Positions 47,856 to 51,441 of a DNA stretch of 51,441 nucleotides are shown piece by piece (position 1 is the first letter of the stretch; every line of letters begins with the position of its first letter). The position numbers and the translations under genes are program-made. Under the pieces are notes generated by a model. That model saw nothing but the letters and a program-made list of their open reading frames with translations, was not told the DNA's origin and ran no database searches. Source of the stretch: Thermoplasmatales archaeon (GTDB lineage: Archaea > Thermoplasmatota > E2 > DHVEG-1); NCBI GenBank assembly GCA_020350365.1, contig CP070712.1:64812-116252 (forward strand), in the 5' to 3' direction.

Positions 47856-50543
47856 ATGAAGAGAAGTTTTAGAAATAAAATAATGATATTCTTAATTACG
47901 TCTTTTTTTGTGATGCTGTCGTTTTCACCAGCACAAGAATTACCTGAGATTGATAAAAATATTGAAACTTATACAAGTAAAACAGGTGATATCATTGTTG
48001 GGGAAAAAATTGATCCAATTTACTATGGTCAAGGTTATGTAGAACATATGGATGAATGTATCGCTCGAGACCAACTGACGCGATCTGAATCAAACGCTGA
48101 TTACGATGATTTAACAAGTCAGCATGGTAACTGGGTAGTGCCCTCTCGAGAAGCAAGTTATTATCCTTACTCAGGTGAGCACTATATTATAAACAAATAT
48201 GGTGATACAATGATGGGTATTTCATTTCCTACAGATGTTGATGTGCATGGTGCTTGGTTTGCAGGTCAAGGTGGAGGAGAAGGTGTATGGACTGAAAGTT
48301 TACGAGTAATTGGATATCTAAATGGTGAAAATACACAAATCACTGATTGGTTTGATTACATTGATGATACTCCTTCATGGTTTGCAATGAACCTTCAAGA
48401 TGTTGACAGAATCATTATAGAAGCAACCCCAACTTATAATGGAGGAGGTTGGTATGGGTTGGATGATTTAACCTATACTCCTAGTATAGAAGGCGAACAA
48501 GAAGACTCTGAAACAATAGTAATTGATTTTGAGGATTGTTCTTACGATCAAAACCTCGACAGTTCAATCTATGCAGATTTGACATGGGAAACTGGAACAG
48601 GTAGTTTATACATTTCAATGGATGAAAAGTCTTCATCTCAAGAATCACTAAATTCTGATAATAATGAGATATATACTGCAGGCTCTCAAGATAAGGGCAA
48701 TACAATAGCACCTCTGTTACAAAATAATTTTCAAGGAGTTATTAGAGGTGATGCAGGTTCTTGGTCTTATCCACCTGACTCCTGTGGGGCTGCTGGTATA
48801 AACCATTATGTCGAGGTAGTTAACAGAAACTTTGCTGTATATAATAAAACCACGGGTGAGGAATTGATAAACATACTATTGGGTTCTTTTTTACCAGAGA
48901 GTAATGGTGATCCACGGGTCCTTTATGATCAATACAGTGGTCGCTGGTTTGTTATTGTTTGCGACTTCAATACCAAACTCTTTTTAGCTGTTTCAATGTC
49001 TGAAGATCCCACTGAGGAATGGTTCAAGTGTGATTTTGTGGTCTCACAAGGTAGTGATGCAGGAAAATGGCCAGATTATCCGACACTCGGTGTTGATGAA
49101 GTAGGTGTTTATACTGCTGCATATATGATAGGTGGAGGTAATGGTATGAGTATTTTTGCCCTTGATAAGGCTCCATTAATTGCATCAGAGCCCAGCTTGG
49201 GCGATATATATGCATTTCGGGAACTGCCCTGGGAAGGTGCTATTCAGCCTGTGCATACATTTGGTACAACAGAAGGAGAATATTTTGTTTCACGAATGTC
49301 ATCTACGGGTATACGTGTGCGTCTATTGACAGATCTGCTCACCGAACCTACCCTAACTGAACTGGGATATGCAACAGTTCCAGTACATTATTCCCCACCA
49401 GATGCTCCAGCATTAGGTAGTACTGTACCACTTGATACCGTTGGACACCGTCTGATGAATGCGGTATATCGTGATGGATATATCTGGACTGCACATTGCA
49501 TAGATGTTGATGGAAGAGCTGCAGCCCGCTGGTATAATATAAGTGTCACTGGACCAACACTTTCTGATTATGGAACAGTAAGTGATCCAGTGATGTACTA
49601 TTTCTTTCCAACAGTTATGATAAATGCAATAGGAAATGTAATCATGGGTTTTTCTGGATCCCATGCTGGTCAATATGGAGCTGCATACTACACAGGTAGG
49701 CTTGCAAGTGACCCGCCCGGCGAGATGGGCCCTCCTATCTTATTAAAGGAAGGGGAGGATACGTATAATCTGATAGATGGTTATGGACGAAATCGATGGG
49801 GTGATTACAGTCTTTGCTCACTTGATCCTACAAATGAATACACCCTTTGGACTATACAAGAATATGCACACTCACATAATAGCACAGGAGAAAACCGCTG
49901 GGGAACATGGATAGGGGAATTTGATTATGGAAACAGGCCTCCTTGGAAACCTACAATTGATGGGCCAACAAATGGAACCACAGGCTCCTCTTATGAATAT
50001 AAATTCAGTTCGGAAGACCCTGATGCTGATGAAGTCTATTACCTAATTGATTGGGGAGATGGAACAACAAGCGACTGGATAGGGCCATATTCATCCGGAG
50101 AAGAGATTACAGAAAGCCATTCATGGGACGTAGTAGGAGAATATGAGATAATTGCGAAATCAAAGGATAATTTTTCTGAGAGTGACTGGTCAGACCCATT
50201 TGCTGTAAGCATAGCGCCTTTGTTTGAGATAGACTCGATAAATGGAGGATTTTTTAGAGTAAAAGCTGTCCTTAGAAACAATTTAGATGAAGAGCTTACT
50301 TGTGTGAAGTGGAACATTACTCTTGAAGGCGGTGCATTTATTGGTAAACAATCATCTGGTGAGATAGATATTCCAAGTTGTGGGGAGGCAACCATAAAAT
50401 CAGGATTGATTCTTGGATTTGGAGAAACAAAGATAACTGTGACTGCTGAAGTTCCAGGTTGTTTTGACACAATGTCAAGAGGTGGATTTGTATATGTATT
50501 TTACATCAATGTAAACATTGGAGGTAAGCAATTATATAGATAA
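47856..50543 (+). CDS. Large secreted protein (jelly-roll + PPD/GDP propeller-like domain + PKD + alternative C-terminal beta domain)
   Basis: Signal peptide, PPDSCGAAG..HYVEVVN, GDPRVLYD, PDYPTLG, RWGDYS, PKD, then a ~95-aa domain ending GGFVYVFYINV. Confidence 0.82.
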   Translation: MKRSFRNKIMIFLITSFFVMLSFSPAQELPEIDKNIETYTSKTGDIIVGEKIDPIYYGQGYVEHMDECIARDQLTRSESNADYDDLTSQHGNWVVPSREASYYPYSGEHYIINKYGDTMMGISFPTDVDVHGAWFAGQGGGEGVWTESLRVIGYLNGENTQITDWFDYIDDTPSWFAMNLQDVDRIIIEATPTYNGGGWYGLDDLTYTPSIEGEQEDSETIVIDFEDCSYDQNLDSSIYADLTWETGTGSLYISMDEKSSSQESLNSDNNEIYTAGSQDKGNTIAPLLQNNFQGVIRGDAGSWSYPPDSCGAAGINHYVEVVNRNFAVYNKTTGEELINILLGSFLPESNGDPRVLYDQYSGRWFVIVCDFNTKLFLAVSMSEDPTEEWFKCDFVVSQGSDAGKWPDYPTLGVDEVGVYTAAYMIGGGNGMSIFALDKAPLIASEPSLGDIYAFRELPWEGAIQPVHTFGTTEGEYFVSRMSSTGIRVRLLTDLLTEPTLTELGYATVPVHYSPPDAPALGSTVPLDTVGHRLMNAVYRDGYIWTAHCIDVDGRAAARWYNISVTGPTLSDYGTVSDPVMYYFFPTVMINAIGNVIMGFSGSHAGQYGAAYYTGRLASDPPGEMGPPILLKEGEDTYNLIDGYGRNRWGDYSLCSLDPTNEYTLWTIQEYAHSHNSTGENRWGTWIGEFDYGNRPPWKPTIDGPTNGTTGSSYEYKFSSEDPDADEVYYLIDWGDGTTSDWIGPYSSGEEITESHSWDVVGEYEIIAKSKDNFSESDWSDPFAVSIAPLFEIDSINGGFFRVKAVLRNNLDEELTCVKWNITLEGGAFIGKQSSGEIDIPSCGEATIKSGLILGFGETKITVTAEVPGCFDTMSRGGFVYVFYINVNIGGKQLYR

Positions 50544-50592
50544 CTAAACATTAGATTCTTAAGAATAAAAATAAAAAAGGAGAATTTGGTAA

Positions 50593-51441
50593 TTAGAAAC
50601 CTAATAGGTATCTAACTACCGGAAATGCATTTGACGATCTTTTAGAGAACAACTCTAGTAAATTTAGTTTAATATTGCTGGATTTGAATCTTGGCATGTT
50701 TACTTCCAATGTCGCCCAATCGCTTTCTGCACCATTTGTATCTACTGCTTTTGCTTTAATTAAATATGTTCCTCCTTCAGTCCATATATGTTTTACATTT
50801 GCATCATTACCAGACGCAACATAGTCAGTCCACTCGGAATTGTTGTCCCCCCATTCGATATAAAATTTGACATCGTCACCTTCGGGATCTGCTGAGTTGA
50901 ATGTATACTCATATTCTTCTCCAGTTTTTCCACTTGTCTTCCCATCGATTGTTGGCACTTCCGGTGGCTCAGAAAGCCTCTCTGCATCAGTAGGCCAACT
51001 CAATCCAGTTGTTTGCCAAACGACTGTACCATTAGTGTCAATCTCAAAAACACCATTTCCCATATATAGCTCTGTTATGAGTGTGTTACCATTTGCAAGT
51101 CTTTCAGCATCAAATGTTAAACCCGTACTGAGATAGTCCCAGATAATAGTACCACTGTTATCAATCTCGATTATGAAATTCTCATACGAGTATAAGGTAA
51201 TAAGTGTATTTCCATTTGCTAGTCTCTCTACATCAACTGGGAAGTTACAGGCATATTGCCATACAATTGCTCCGCTATTATCTACTTCAATAATACGATC
51301 TGCCGCTGTTTCTGCTATCAGTGTATTGCCGTTAGAAAGCCGCTCTGCATCAACCGGCATATTCAATCCATCTTTAAGCCAGACAATCGAACCTGCGCTG
51401 TTTACTTCAATTACACGATCCATATAGGCATCGGAAATAAG
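50593..51441 (-). CDS. Beta-propeller repeat protein (DAERLxNGNTLI) + PKD + conserved tail, 5' truncated by window
   Basis: The frame is open to the window edge (LISDAY before the annotated Met). Tail MPRFK...KRSSNAFPVVRYLLGF. Confidence 0.85.
   Translation of the reverse strand, partial: LISDAYMDRVIEVNSAGSIVWLKDGLNMPVDAERLSNGNTLIAETAADRIIEVDNSGAIVWQYACNFPVDVERLANGNTLITLYSYENFIIEIDNSGTIIWDYLSTGLTFDAERLANGNTLITELYMGNGVFEIDTNGTVVWQTTGLSWPTDAERLSEPPEVPTIDGKTSGKTGEEYEYTFNSADPEGDDVKFYIEWGDNNSEWTDYVASGNDANVKHIWTEGGTYLIKAKAVDTNGAESDWATLEVNMPRFKSSNIKLNLLELFSKRSSNAFPVVRYLLGF

Noticed and set aside
1957..51427. Numerous 60-144 aa overlapping or antisense ORFs in the track (e.g. 8926..9336, 17690..18124, 27086..27436, 50039..50470)
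   Set aside because: They are shadows of longer, well-supported genes and have no recognisable motifs or RBS.
1297..51441. Diversity-generating retroelement or IS-mediated origin of the repeated 3' ends
   Set aside because: There is no reverse transcriptase or transposase. The tails are similar at protein level but diverged at nucleotide level, without adenine-specific variation.

Overview
AT-rich archaeal chromosomal segment. It is most consistent with a sediment Thermoplasmatota such as MBG-D/Thermoprofundales; this is an inference from the GGAGG/GGTGA ribosome-binding sites, a PGF-CTERM protein, tandem Lrp/AsnC regulators and many secreted gingipain/clostripain peptidases. The window is dominated by about 25 exported proteins: four C25 gingipain-family peptidases, a C11 clostripain, a C10 streptopain-like protease, two Cys-Ntn hydrolases, beta-propellers, NosD beta-helices and lipoproteins. 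These are interspersed with housekeeping and accessory genes (zupT, MFS, GH13, M29 aminopeptidase, RadC, an AbrB-RelE toxin-antitoxin pair, a Cas4-like nuclease). The main discovery candidate is a shared C-terminal tail on 14 proteins with at least 8 unrelated cargo types, usually after a PKD domain: [IV]P[RK]x[RK]-x(8-14)-ERFPNxFPxLRYLLG-COOH. It is amphipathic rather than transmembrane and looks like an undescribed archaeal sorting/anchoring signal analogous to the Bacteroidota T9SS CTD. In five genes the last tail codons also form an RNA hairpin with the stop codon in the loop. Other signals are a TTGAAC-N34/35-GTTCAA operator about 60 bp upstream of four secreted-protein genes, a tRNA 3' fragment (att-like), direct repeats around the TA module, unannotated zinc-finger microproteins with a pseudogenised tandem copy, apparently circularly permuted jelly-roll domains, and a secreted gp5-like spike protein. 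No CRISPR array, rRNA or intact tRNA was seen.
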